DNA of 64,000 bases from Bacillota bacterium (GCA_023410875.1 JAEYPH010000039.1:9919-73918), one strand, 5' to 3'; positions 1-10,225 are shown, counted from the first letter of the stretch. Numbers and translations: made by a program. The notes: generated by a model not told the origin, from the letters alone.

Positions 1-689
1 TATGCCCGCTGCGCCGGCACGATGACACGGACATCCTCGCGCTCGTCCACGGCGATGTTGCTCCACCAGTAGACGGCGGTATCCTCCATAGAAGAGTTGT
101 CAATACGCACACGGACGAAGAGGTGGTGTGAATCATCGGGCAACAGCATTTCTACTCGATAAATCAGGCGGCGTACGCGCTCATATTGGTACATGTGCAG
201 CACCGGCGTGCCGTCAGCAAGCGCCAGACGCTCGGCGAACAATGCGTCCAAGGTAAAGGGCGTGTGCCCGATGATGCCGATGTTCCACTCGACGCCGCCG
301 GATATCCACGCGTTGCGCAGCGCGAGGTTGCAAGGCTGGAACACGGGGTTGCGATGCAGCAGCTCCTGCCCGGTGGCTTTATCCACGAGCGACCAAAGCC
401 GCCCACCCAACTCTGGCAACACGACCGCGCGGATATGGTCGTTCTCTAGGACCGCGGCGTTCCAGGCGTGCTCCCGCTTGTCGCGGTCATAGCCGTCCTG
501 TATCAGGTAGGGCAGTATGCCATTGACCCGCCCCCAACCCATGTAGCGGGACTCTTCAGCTGTGATCGTTTGCTCATCCACCGGAATCGACGCGTGCAAG
601 TCCGCTGCCTCGCGGATATCGGGCAGCGGGTTGGGCTTTCCCAGCGACGCCGACGGCATGGAGTAAGGCTCGAAGGTCAGTCTTGTCAT
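1..689 (-). CDS. DUF5107-like protein, N-terminal part (gene runs off the left edge of the window)
   Basis: Absent from the ORF track because it has no stop inside the window. Manual reverse translation starts at ATG 687-689, with GGAGG 6 nt upstream. It gives MTRLTFEPYSMPSASLGKPNPLPDI...AVVLPELGGRLWSLVDKATGQELLHRNPVFQPCNLALRNAWISGGVEWNIGIIGH and stays open to position 1. The motif pattern matches my recollection of DUF5107 N-termini. It is co-directional with the upstream ABC genes. Confidence 0.55.
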   Translation of the reverse strand, partial: MTRLTFEPYSMPSASLGKPNPLPDIREAADLHASIPVDEQTITAEESRYMGWGRVNGILPYLIQDGYDRDKREHAWNAAVLENDHIRAVVLPELGGRLWSLVDKATGQELLHRNPVFQPCNLALRNAWISGGVEWNIGIIGHTPFTLDALFAERLALADGTPVLHMYQYERVRRLIYRVEMLLPDDSHHLFVRVRIDNSSMEDTAVYWWSNIAVDEREDVRVIVPAQRA

Positions 690-761
690 TGGGTACCTCC
701 ATAGGTACGGCCCACCCGGCGCAAACCGGGCGGGCCGCTTGAGTAAACTCCGGGTCGCGGC

Positions 762-2396
762 TTACTTGGCAGTCTTCCAAGCATCGAGCTGCTTCTGGAC
801 TTCGGTGATGATCTTCTCCGAACCGTTGTCCTTAAGCTTCTTGTTGAAGTCGTCGATGGCCTTGTTGACCTCGGCGGCGGAACCCAGCTGACCGAAGCGC
901 AGCGAATCGCGGTACTCAAGCACTACGTTCGTGCAGGCGGCCAGTTCGTTCGCGACAGGGGTTGTGTCGAACACGAAGCCCAGGTGAGCGGGTATTTTGG
1001 CTTCGCTGTTGTACTTGTTGATCAGGTTCATCATCTCGTTGTTGGGACCAACCATGTTTGTCGGGGCTTCCACGATGGTCAGGTTGCCAATGGGGGCGCC
1101 GTACCAGTAGTAATAAGCCCTGTTGGCGGTGTCCGCGTTGTTGGAGCCTTCGAACGTCATCTTGTCGTCGGCGCCGCGCCTATAGTTGACGCCTTCCACG
1201 CCGAAACGCATCATGGTGGCAAATTTGGTGTCCGTATTCACAAAGTTGAGAACCTTCATGGCCGCTTCAGGATTCTTGCAGTTGGCGGAGATGGCCGTGC
1301 CCGCGGAGAAATAGTTGTTTGTATCCGTCCAGACGCGGGCGGGTGGTACAACGGTGGCTTCAAAGTTCGGGCTCTGGAAGCTCGGGGACACATAAGTTAG
1401 GCCCCAGTTCGGGAACGCGAGCACCATTTTGCTCTGGCCATACTCGCCCATTTTGGCGGCGTCCTGATAGTCGTAGGGGATGATATTGGCTGCCGCCATA
1501 CGCTGCATGGCAAGGCAACCATCCCGGAATTCCTTGGTGTCGTACAGGTTGAAAACGGTATTGGAATCCTTGCCCGCGATGTCCATGATGCCGTCAATGT
1601 TGCAAACGGCCAGGTTATTGTCGTTGAGGAATGTCTCGACCGCGAACCAGCACGGAACTTCCATCGTCCAGTTCATCAGATAGATCGGCTCGTCCACCTT
1701 GCCGTACTTGGCTGTACGTTTTTCCATCGCGTCCGTGAAGAAAGCCTCGGCGCCGGCGATTCCTTTGAGCGATTCGGCCGCTTTGAGGTCTATCCCGAGC
1801 TCATCCGCCAGTGTTTTGTTGTAATAAAAGCCCATAATATAGCAGTTGTCTTTCAGCGACGGAATGCCATAAATATGATCGTTGATCTTCATGCCGTTCC
1901 AGACTTCGTCTTTGAAAAGCTTCTTTGTATCCGGATATTTATCCAGCAATGCTTCGATGGGATAGAAGGAACCGGCTTTGCTCTGGACCACATAGTCAAG
2001 TTTTGACTGCGAGCCAAAGCCGATGATACCAAGATCCTGACCCGATGACACCATAACCGTCATCTTGGATTCCCAGTCGGCGGACGTCCAGTAGATCAGG
2101 TTGACATTGGCGTTAATCTTCTCTTTCAGGTATTCATTGATAGCGTTGTTTACCGCCTTGTGGTCGGGCAGCGGCTCACCCAGCCCGATATACCAGTCCA
2201 GAGTTGCCAACTCGCCGGTATCCGCCGGCGGTTGCGGCGCGTCTGTGGCCTTGCCGGAATCGGTCGCTGGTTTCGCGGAGGCTGCTTGCGTGCCGGAGGG
2301 TGTGGTCGCATTGCCAGTACAGGCAACGAGGCCGACTACGAGAACCGCGATGACAAGTAGGAATAGAATTTTTTGAGGTTTTGCGCGGGTTTCCAT
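762..2396 (-). CDS. Extracellular solute-binding lipoprotein of a CUT1 sugar ABC importer (large LplA/YtcQ-like type)
   Basis: 544-aa ORF. Signal peptide with lipobox (LVVGLVACTGN) followed by a Ser/Thr/Pro/Ala linker. GGAGGAG RBS. Sits downstream of two permease genes. Confidence 0.85.
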   Translation of the reverse strand: METRAKPQKILFLLVIAVLVVGLVACTGNATTPSGTQAASAKPATDSGKATDAPQPPADTGELATLDWYIGLGEPLPDHKAVNNAINEYLKEKINANVNLIYWTSADWESKMTVMVSSGQDLGIIGFGSQSKLDYVVQSKAGSFYPIEALLDKYPDTKKLFKDEVWNGMKINDHIYGIPSLKDNCYIMGFYYNKTLADELGIDLKAAESLKGIAGAEAFFTDAMEKRTAKYGKVDEPIYLMNWTMEVPCWFAVETFLNDNNLAVCNIDGIMDIAGKDSNTVFNLYDTKEFRDGCLAMQRMAAANIIPYDYQDAAKMGEYGQSKMVLAFPNWGLTYVSPSFQSPNFEATVVPPARVWTDTNNYFSAGTAISANCKNPEAAMKVLNFVNTDTKFATMMRFGVEGVNYRRGADDKMTFEGSNNADTANRAYYYWYGAPIGNLTIVEAPTNMVGPNNEMMNLINKYNSEAKIPAHLGFVFDTTPVANELAACTNVVLEYRDSLRFGQLGSAAEVNKAIDDFNKKLKDNGSEKIITEVQKQLDAWKTAK

Positions 2397-2509
2397 GCGT
2401 GTGCTCCTCCTTACAGGACTGATGACAAGCTGGTTTCCACAGGTAAAGATTTATGGGAACCATGCCAAGGCCTTTGAGCCTAAACACCAATAAGAAGAAA
2501 TTACCTCGT

Positions 2510-3469
2510 TCACTCTTTAATGCTGCCCATTGTCAGTCCGCTGATGAAATACCTCTGGAAGAACGGATACGCGAGTAGGATGGGCAGGATTACGGCAATT
2601 GTGCAGCTCATGCGCAGGCTTTGGTTCGGCAAGTTCCTCAGCATCTCCATGCCGTCCGGCGTGGCGGCCGCCTGAGCGTTGCTTCTTAGGAAATCCAGCT
2701 GGTTCTGCAGGCGGATAAGCATGGTCTGCAACGGAACCAGATTGGGGTTGTTGGTTACATACAACATGCCGGTAAACCAGTCGTTCCAGCGTGCCACAAC
2801 GTTGAATAGCGCGATAGTGGCAATCCCCGCCATTGAGAGCGGCAATACCATCTGCAGAAATATCCGGAAGTGCCCGGCGCCTTCGATCCGTGCGGACTCA
2901 AATATCGACTCGGGAATGGTCGTGCGCATGAATGTGCGCAATATGATAACGTTGTATGCGCTTACCGTGCCGGAGAGCAAGAACACCCACACGGTATCAC
3001 CCATACCGAGATAATTCACCTGCAAGATATAGGAGGGCACAAGGCCGCCGGAAAACAGCATGGTGATGAACATATACCATGTAAGGCCTTTTCTGGCTTT
3101 GAAGTTTTTTTGGCAGATGACATACGCAAACATCGTGGAGACAGCCAAGCTCAGCGCGGTTCCCCCCACAGTGTAGAAAAATGTCATCACGTAGGAGATT
3201 CCCAGCTGGCGTCCGATTTTAAAAATGTAATCGTAGGCTTTGAGCGAAAATTCAGCCGGAAACAACGAATACCCGACTTTGGCGATGGACGCCTCGGAAG
3301 AGAAAGAGATCATCACGATCAGCGCGACGGGTAAAACAACCACCAACGCGACGCACCACAGAACCGCGTTAAAAGCGGCGTCCCAGCCCCTGGGAAGCAG
3401 TGCTAGTTTATTGAGAGCGGATTTTTCTTCGGACCGCAACGCTTTGTTTGCCGCAGATGCTGTCACCAA
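2510..3469 (-). CDS. Carbohydrate ABC transporter permease (LplC/YtcP-like)
   Basis: 319-aa multi-TM ORF with the EAA-type loop (ESIFESARIEGAGHFRIFLQMVLP). TTG start 9 nt after AAGGAGG. Confidence 0.9.
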   Translation of the reverse strand: MVTASAANKALRSEEKSALNKLALLPRGWDAAFNAVLWCVALVVVLPVALIVMISFSSEASIAKVGYSLFPAEFSLKAYDYIFKIGRQLGISYVMTFFYTVGGTALSLAVSTMFAYVICQKNFKARKGLTWYMFITMLFSGGLVPSYILQVNYLGMGDTVWVFLLSGTVSAYNVIILRTFMRTTIPESIFESARIEGAGHFRIFLQMVLPLSMAGIATIALFNVVARWNDWFTGMLYVTNNPNLVPLQTMLIRLQNQLDFLRSNAQAAATPDGMEMLRNLPNQSLRMSCTIAVILPILLAYPFFQRYFISGLTMGSIKE

Positions 3470-3488
3470 TTACAATCGCCTCCTTTCA

Positions 3489-4433
3489 TCAGAACATCGC
3501 GCTGTCCGGGTCAATCTTCGTAACAATCCAGTTGACCACCAGCACCAGTATTAAGCCAACTACAGACTGGTACATGCCGGCGGCGGCTGTCATGCCAACA
3601 TTGCTCATTTTGGTAAGGCCATTGTATATGTAAGAGTCTATCACCTGTGTCACAGGGTAAAGCGTGCCAGTGTTCCGTGTGACAACGTAGAATAAGCCAA
3701 AATCTGCCCGGAAGATATTGGCCATCGCCATGATGATGGAAATGCTCGCCACAAATCGAAGGTGTGGCAGTGTAACATACTGTGCCTGCTGGAACTTTGT
3801 GGCGCCGTCCAGCATGGCCGCTTCATAGAAGTCTCTGTTTATCCCTGAGATGACGGCAAGAAAAAGCACGGTCTGGAACCCGACGCCTCGCCAGGCGTTC
3901 AGCCCGATAAGCAGTCCCGGCCATAGAGCAACCTTTTGGTACCAGTTTGTGTTACCTGCAAGGCCGAGTGCTTCCATCACGGAGTTTGTCATGCCGTTAG
4001 ACCTGTCCAGAAAGGCGAAAACGACGATGTTTATAACGGCATATGAGAGGAAGTACGGCATCATAAAAACCGTTTGAAGGATTTTGGCCCCACGCTGACT
4101 CCTAAGCATGGAGAGCATCATAGCAATACATAGGGCAAGCAGCATGTTCACAATAATAAAAATTAGGTTGTAAAGCACAGTATTGCGTGTTATCAGCCAC
4201 GCATCCGACGTTGTAAAAAGAAACTTAAAATTATCGAATCCAACGAAATCGCTACCGAATATGCCCAAGGTGTTATTAAACTTCTGGAAGGCTATGACAA
4301 GGCCGCCCATCGGTATGTAGCAGAAGATAAAAAGCCATACGACCGCCGGTAATGCCATCACATACAGCGCGAGATCCTCCTTTCGGAAGATCTTGCCTCG
4401 CCGCTTGGTAGACGTACGCACTTCGGCCATCAT
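3489..4433 (-). CDS. Carbohydrate ABC transporter permease (LplB/YteP-like)
   Basis: 314-aa multi-TM ORF with an EAA loop (YEAAMLDGATKFQQAQYVTLP). First gene of the operon, with an AT-rich promoter region upstream (4434-4600). Confidence 0.9.
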   Translation of the reverse strand: MMAEVRTSTKRRGKIFRKEDLALYVMALPAVVWLFIFCYIPMGGLVIAFQKFNNTLGIFGSDFVGFDNFKFLFTTSDAWLITRNTVLYNLIFIIVNMLLALCIAMMLSMLRSQRGAKILQTVFMMPYFLSYAVINIVVFAFLDRSNGMTNSVMEALGLAGNTNWYQKVALWPGLLIGLNAWRGVGFQTVLFLAVISGINRDFYEAAMLDGATKFQQAQYVTLPHLRFVASISIIMAMANIFRADFGLFYVVTRNTGTLYPVTQVIDSYIYNGLTKMSNVGMTAAAGMYQSVVGLILVLVVNWIVTKIDPDSAMF

Positions 4434-5122
4434 TCCCTCCGGGTCCTATCATAATGCGATTAAAACAGGCAAACCGGTCTATACCACTTACAGTTATTGG
4501 CATTATATTAGCACCCATCATATGGAATGTCAACGTCTAATTGTTATATGTATACATATTTATTAATTACTCCTTTAAAGCTGTTTTTTGTATATCATAA
4601 GAGCATCTGAATTGACGCTGGGTGCCCACACCGCTCCAGGAATTACCCCAAGGGGGACCACCGCGCCTCATCCACGCTGTTCGCGCACACTTGGAGGATC
4701 AGCCCTTTGGGGACGCAATTCCCGCAACAGAACCAGAGTCTCCGCCACAGTATGTTCGCCCCACCGGTAAAAAGCCCCTTGCCGATGCCTGTATCTTGTG
4801 CATAACGGGCAGACATTGCAGGATGCTGCCGCTGCCCGCGCCGGGCTCCCACCGGGCAAGGCCGATATCCTTCGTACTCAGCAGCACGACATGATGGCCA
4901 GTGTGACGGGGTCACCTAGGTGATAGATTTCGTGGTCGGCATAGTGGGTACGCTCCACGAGCAACGGCAGGTAGCGCCGGAACAGCGTCAGTGATATCTG
5001 CGCATAGAAGTCGAACTCTACGAGCTCACCGCGGCCGGGATGCCAGGCCGGCCGCCGTCCGCAACTGCCCTGTATGTGCCGTTTGGTGAACAGTGCCATG
5101 CAGCGGGGTTATGGTACTGTTC

Positions 5123-7423
5123 TTAAAAGTCAATCTTTATTTCTCCACTGGGCGTCGGCACCCATCCAACAGCGCCGCCCACAACATGGCGAATGGGAGT
5201 CTCCGTATACTTCTTGAAACCGGGTTCCAGCGGCTTGACCCCCAGAATGTAGGCATAGAAGAAGTACACCGGGATGGCCGACCAGCCGTGACACAGGCTC
5301 CCGGCTTTGTCAAAGTCATCCGCACCTTTGATCGTCTCCCAGAAACTGGTGGCACCACTGTATAGCATATACCCCCAGTCGGTAGCAATGTCCTCGAATA
5401 CTATGGATGCATACCTGTCTGGCTCCTGCAGCAGCGCTTCATACTTATAAATCGCATAGCTGAGCGTTGTCCTCACAAGCCCATTGTCCTTGTGCGCCAG
5501 CCGTTCACGCACCGTTTCTGCCTGCGCAGCAGGCACCGCGCCGGCACACAGAGCAAGCGCCTGCGTCAACTCCGCAAAATGGTCGGCGCAACTCTTGCCT
5601 GCGAAGGTCTGATACACCTTGTTTGTTTCATCCCAAAACTGCTGATGGAACGCATGTTTTAGTTCTGTATGGCATTTGTTGTATCTAGCTTCATTGTCGT
5701 GGTCCCCCGCCCATTCGGCGATCTTGGCTCCTGCCTGCAGCGCCATGCAAAAAAATAAATTGAGCGGCGCATCCAGCCTGTCGGGGTTCCGTGCCGAGGG
5801 GTCTGTGAATACCAAAGAATCATCGAGCCCATCTGCCCATTCGTAGAAATTCCAATACCGGGCACCGGTAGGCGACTTCATCAAGCCCTTCTCCATCATG
5901 CCGATATAGGTATCCAGCATCCTGGTCACGGTAGGCAGCAGCCTTTGGGCTGTCTCTATCCTCCCGCTGTAAAGTACAAGGTCATGGATTGCCAGTATCC
6001 ATGCCATGCTGAAGGACGGAATCGTGATGCGATCCCGGGCAGGGGCACAGATCTCCATCATACCGTCTTCACCAAGATTCTCTGCGAATAAGGAAAAAGC
6101 ACTTTCAGCAAAGTCATATTCTCCAAAGCAATAATACCCGCACAGTGCCTGGTTCCTGGAGTCCATAGCATACAGCGCCTGCTCGCGCCAGGGTGTGTCC
6201 TCATAATGCTCATGCATGCATAGTTCAAGCGTCCTTACGGACACATCATAAATCTTATTGAACAAACGGTCGCCGCAGGCGAAGCTGCCCCTGCGCTCCA
6301 GCGGATACGAAACCGGCCTAATCCCGGCATGATACAGCGTGATGCCACGCTTTATGCCATGAATGTGGAGTTGGACATACCGCCCGGCGATCCGCTTGAA
6401 ATAATGGGTGAACACCTGCCGGCCCTCACGGCAGATATAAGTAAAGGCAAAGTTCCTGCCGCCGACACTGGCCCGCACCCTCAGGTCATCGAGCTGTTCA
6501 CCGTAGGCGACATCGATCGCCACGCCATCTTCGCTGTCAACATCCAGAGAGAACAACCCGGCCTCCTCCCTTTGCATATCAACAAGCAGATAGATGCCAT
6601 CGTTGCCCACTGGCACGGCGTTGATCTGCAATCCACCATGGGGCAGAACAAGGTTTTGCCCGCAGCCTTTGCCGAAAACCTCTTCAGCAAGCCGAGCAGA
6701 CAGGTAGTCGCTTTGCATCTTTTCTGCCGTGGTGGGCTTCGGGCCGCTGAGGCTGCCACCTGCCGGCTCCTTCCTGCAAAAAAAACCCTGTGCGGTAATC
6801 GCTCCATGCACGACATCACCCAGCAGCAGTTTTTTGATCGGCCGCTCATATAGCGCAACAGCATCGGCCATGCTTTCATGAACACAAGCTGCAGCCCAAG
6901 CATCCGTCATGGCAAAATCGTTGACACGCCAGCCGTCCTGATTGGTTCCATCGTAGCGGAACGCAAACGACAGCTGCGGAGATATCTTTTCAACAGCGCC
7001 GCTGGTGTACACCAGGGACTGCCTGCACATGGTGTCGCTTCCGCTGGCGATACCCGCCTTTCCGACTTTCAGGGCATAAATTAACCCTGCCCTGCCTTTC
7101 ATGTACTGGTAGCTGCCCTGCCCCTGATGATACCCCAGGATGCACAGTGCATTATTCCCGCACACCAGTAGCTTTCGAACATCCAGCACATCATAAGACT
7201 TGTGGTTGGGGTAATCATCATACTGGTTGAAGCCAACAAATACTCCATTAAGCCACACAGCGTACTCCGTGTCTATGGAGATGTGCAACATGCCATCGGT
7301 TTCTTTCAAATCCTCCAGGGTATCCAGCACAAACTCATGGCAAAAATCCACATATTGATTAAGAGGCTCAGTTTCCTGCCCCAGCCAAACCCACTGCGCT
7401 CCCACCGTTTTGAACATATCCAT
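5123..7423 (-). CDS. Six-hairpin glycoside hydrolase, GH78-like (putative alpha-L-rhamnosidase family)
   Basis: The track ORF is 5123..7456 (TTG). I prefer ATG 7423 (MDMFKTVGAQWVW), 9 nt after GGGAGGG. Motifs HYEDTPWREQALYAMDSRNQ and GSLCHGWSAIPVYFF resemble rhamnosidase-type (alpha/alpha)6 catalytic domains. Family assignment is from memory. Confidence 0.6.
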   Translation of the reverse strand: MDMFKTVGAQWVWLGQETEPLNQYVDFCHEFVLDTLEDLKETDGMLHISIDTEYAVWLNGVFVGFNQYDDYPNHKSYDVLDVRKLLVCGNNALCILGYHQGQGSYQYMKGRAGLIYALKVGKAGIASGSDTMCRQSLVYTSGAVEKISPQLSFAFRYDGTNQDGWRVNDFAMTDAWAAACVHESMADAVALYERPIKKLLLGDVVHGAITAQGFFCRKEPAGGSLSGPKPTTAEKMQSDYLSARLAEEVFGKGCGQNLVLPHGGLQINAVPVGNDGIYLLVDMQREEAGLFSLDVDSEDGVAIDVAYGEQLDDLRVRASVGGRNFAFTYICREGRQVFTHYFKRIAGRYVQLHIHGIKRGITLYHAGIRPVSYPLERRGSFACGDRLFNKIYDVSVRTLELCMHEHYEDTPWREQALYAMDSRNQALCGYYCFGEYDFAESAFSLFAENLGEDGMMEICAPARDRITIPSFSMAWILAIHDLVLYSGRIETAQRLLPTVTRMLDTYIGMMEKGLMKSPTGARYWNFYEWADGLDDSLVFTDPSARNPDRLDAPLNLFFCMALQAGAKIAEWAGDHDNEARYNKCHTELKHAFHQQFWDETNKVYQTFAGKSCADHFAELTQALALCAGAVPAAQAETVRERLAHKDNGLVRTTLSYAIYKYEALLQEPDRYASIVFEDIATDWGYMLYSGATSFWETIKGADDFDKAGSLCHGWSAIPVYFFYAYILGVKPLEPGFKKYTETPIRHVVGGAVGWVPTPSGEIKIDF

Positions 7424-7456
7424 ACTCAGGCACCCTCCCGGCTCCATATCTAGCAA

Positions 7457-8182
7457 TCAATCGAACAGCATCAGGTCAAACAGCGCAGCCGCAAACAGCT
7501 TGTGTAGCTGCCTGGAGGGGTGGTTAATGTGGTTGCTGAGCAACGCTGTCGTATCCACACCCGCCGCCTGAAGACGCTTCCACTTCATGTAGCAATCACA
7601 CAAGGGAACGCCGCAGGCCCGTGCGGCCACCCGTGCCCGTTCCATATAGGCGTCCATACTGCCGTCGTTTTGCATCCGTGCTGTAACTGCGGCATAGTCC
7701 ACCACCGACGGCGGCACGGTGCGGGGAGAAACATAGGTATTGAGCATGTTCGGCGTCATGAAGATGGTCTCAATGCCCCGCTCCATCAGCCTTTTGAAGA
7801 TGGTCTCCAACACCTGGCCGTACTCCTCCACCTTCTCCAGCCCACCGTTGACATCATTGAGCCCAAAGCAGACCACCGCAAGATCCGGGTTGTAGCGCAG
7901 CACGTCCCTATCCAGCCTGATAAGCCCGTCCGCCGCGCTGGAACCGCTGATCCCCGCATTGATGATGTGAATGGGCGCGTTTGGATAAACGCCGTTCAGC
8001 AACCTTCTCCACTGGGCATGATACACAGCATCAAAGTCCATCACAATACCAATACCGTCACCTGCCGCCGCATAAATCTCAAAAACACCGTGGGTCACGC
8101 TGTCTCCCAAGAACGCCGCACACAGCGGTTCAGCAACCGTATAGTTTTGGTTTTTTTGAGACAATTTTCGAATGAACTCCAT
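7457..8182 (-). CDS. SGNH/GDSL hydrolase (carbohydrate esterase-like)
   Basis: Block I is FLGDSVTHG, block III is VVCFGLNDV, and block V is the NHINHPS-type His. The track start is GTG 8200. ATG 8182 (MEFIRK) has the better RBS (GGGAGAA, 7 nt upstream). Confidence 0.75.
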   Translation of the reverse strand: MEFIRKLSQKNQNYTVAEPLCAAFLGDSVTHGVFEIYAAAGDGIGIVMDFDAVYHAQWRRLLNGVYPNAPIHIINAGISGSSAADGLIRLDRDVLRYNPDLAVVCFGLNDVNGGLEKVEEYGQVLETIFKRLMERGIETIFMTPNMLNTYVSPRTVPPSVVDYAAVTARMQNDGSMDAYMERARVAARACGVPLCDCYMKWKRLQAAGVDTTALLSNHINHPSRQLHKLFAAALFDLMLFD

Positions 8183-8214
8183 ATGCCAATTCTCCCGCAC
8201 TCATATCTTAGCAC

Positions 8215-9195
8215 TCAGCCGAAGATGTACTTCCGCAGCATCCTGCTGGACTCCACAGCGTTTCCGCCCCTGATGACTGCTTCCAACTCTGCCTCATCCA
8301 TGCGCTCCACGACCCTGCCCATGGCTATGAGCCACTGAACAGATTCATCTACAGCATCACGGCCGTCTTCGCGGTAAGGGTATTGATCCATCGAAATCCA
8401 GCCCTGGTAATCGGTGCGCTTCAGCCAATAGAGCAGTTCAATGATAGCAATGGTATTGACAGATCCGGCGATCATGTCGTCATCCCAAAACCCATAGTTA
8501 TCATTCATGTGCATATGCATCAGCTTGTCGCCGTATTTTTTAAGCACCGCCACAGATTCTGCAACGTTTTCATAAGCCACCAGCGCATGACCGTAGTCTA
8601 TCGTCACACCGCAGTTCGGCTCATTGATTGCATTCACCAGCAGCAATGTGCTCGATACATTGGATGGGTAGCTCCGTATCCGAGGCTCCTTAGCCTTATA
8701 TTCGATGGCGACCTTAACGTCTCGCCTGTGCCTGCAGCACTCCTTCACGCCCTGCTCAAACAAACTGCGTTCCAGCATATAGTCAGCCTGGAAGTGATAA
8801 TCATAACCATCCTGCCCGGGCCACAGGCTAACCACGCCGCATCCGAGCTCGCTTGCGATATCCATAATTTCCTTCGTGTGGCTCACAGCCTCCCGCCGTA
8901 TAGCAGCGTCTTTGCTGGTGAAGGCACCCCGGCCCCACTTCATCTGACCAAAATGGTCCGGGATAATGGAAACAAGCTGCAGGTTGGTACGATTCAGGTT
9001 TTCCTTAATCTGCGCGACGTTGTCTGGGCGGATGTGCCAGGTCGCAACGAGCTCCACACCTGACACATGCTCGATGGACGCGACCCTGTCAAACATCTGC
9101 TCAATGGTATACGGGTCTGAATATCCTGTGCTCAAGTACCGGTCGCAACAGGAGCCCACATTGGAGAGTATCACCGAATAACGAGGCTTCATCAT
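8215..9195 (-). CDS. Sugar phosphate isomerase/epimerase (xylose-isomerase-like TIM barrel)
   Basis: 326-aa ORF with a typical AP-endonuclease-2/TIM-barrel pattern (IEYKAKEP, DYGHALVA, MHMHMNDN). GGGAGG RBS. Confidence 0.75.
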   Translation of the reverse strand: MMKPRYSVILSNVGSCCDRYLSTGYSDPYTIEQMFDRVASIEHVSGVELVATWHIRPDNVAQIKENLNRTNLQLVSIIPDHFGQMKWGRGAFTSKDAAIRREAVSHTKEIMDIASELGCGVVSLWPGQDGYDYHFQADYMLERSLFEQGVKECCRHRRDVKVAIEYKAKEPRIRSYPSNVSSTLLLVNAINEPNCGVTIDYGHALVAYENVAESVAVLKKYGDKLMHMHMNDNYGFWDDDMIAGSVNTIAIIELLYWLKRTDYQGWISMDQYPYREDGRDAVDESVQWLIAMGRVVERMDEAELEAVIRGGNAVESSRMLRKYIFG

Positions 9196-9573
9196 GTCAG
9201 TCCTCCCAGTTCATTGATATCAACACGAATTTCAACTATCCGTTCACACCGCAAAGCTTAATGCCCATCATAAGATACCGCTGCAGGAACAGGTACACTG
9301 TGGGGAAAGGGACGGCACCGATGAACACTTGCGTGGCCTTGTTGTCTTATATCATTGGCATACTCAATCCGAACTGTCGCAAACCATATAACCTTTACTT
9401 TGCAAGTCTTTTTCTTGTGTATACTATTTGTATAAGCACCACACAAATTCCTGTTTTATTGCGCGTTATAGCCCTCAAATATTTAACCTATAATCTATCG
9501 TATCCATCGATTGAAGGATTTTGTCTTACGAGTCGGAATTATGATAGTTGGCTAGTAAACCCGATTATGTAGT

Positions 9574-9800
9574 GTGTTAATAACACGCTGCTCAATCTCC
9601 CTCTCCAGCCGGCACCAGGCATTAATAACACGCCGCTCGCGCTTCCTCTCCAGTCGGTATCAGGTTGTTAATAACACGAGACTCAATTCCCGCTCAAGGG
9701 AGCATGGATCCTCAATAATGCGAAATTGGGCTCCCCCTACCTACTGGTAGAGAGAGCCGATAAATTTGCGAGAAAATTGGTTGTTACGTTGAAAATCTTG
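9574..9800 (+). repeat. Array 1 of about 45-bp degenerate tandem repeats headed by the palindrome GTGTTA-A-TAACAC
   Basis: Unit heads lie at about 9576, 9621, 9667, 9712 and 9757 (period 45-46). Heads read gTTAATAACACG..CTCAAT and are followed by a pyrimidine-rich tail (ctccctctccagccgg / cttcctctccagtcgg). Conservation decays to the right. Confidence 0.7.
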
Positions 9801-9958
9801 GCTATTGAAGGAAACGCAACTTAACCTCGTCACAGAGGAATTCAGCAAAACCTATTGTACAGGTTCAAACAGGTCTCTATACTGATAGCCTTGCGACAGG
9901 CGCCGTGCCGGAAGGAAGGATTTCCATTGAGAAATCTCTTAGATGAATCTCCGCTCAT

Positions 9959-10225
9959 ATGGAACCGGAGATTGTAGTTCGCTACCACGAGATCGACAAA
10001 CCGCTACAGCGAGAAATTGCGGCGATCCGACTGACCAACGGCAAGCTGATCGGACGGCTGGATGCTACGTCCCATATCCTTGATGCCGGCGAGGTGTATT
10101 ACTTCGAGGCGGTGTACGCTAAGGTGTTTCTCTGCACCGAAAGGCAGGTATACAAAACGTCGCTACGGCTGTATGATTCAATCCCCATAGCCACTGTTTT
10201 ACCTTGCAGTTTCATTCAATGGTAG
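9959..10225 (+). pseudogene. Remnant of a LytTR-type DNA-binding domain
   Basis: 88-aa ORF in an AT-richer island. ILDAGEVYYFEAVYAKVFLCTERQVYKTSLRLYD matches the LytTR core pattern (I.yfe..d.kv.l.t....y..sL..le). It has no receiver domain and no C-terminal half. Confidence 0.45.

Noticed and set aside
9258-9572. ORFs in AT-rich intergenic regions: 9258..9446 (-), 9261..9572 (+), 50860..51123 (-), 52342..52563 (-), 20168..20371 (+), 4276..4533 (-).
   Set aside because: - They lie in promoter or repeat DNA.
- Their composition is skewed toward Ile, Lys, Asn, Tyr and Cys.
- They lack an RBS and recognisable motifs.
- Several overlap predicted -35/-10 elements.
9574-9800. CRISPR interpretation of the 45-bp repeat arrays (also at 20107-20345 and 21551-21645).
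   Set aside because: - The period is only about 45 bp.
- The repeats are degenerate and decay along the array.
- The would-be spacers also resemble each other (C/T-rich tails).
- There are no cas genes in the window.
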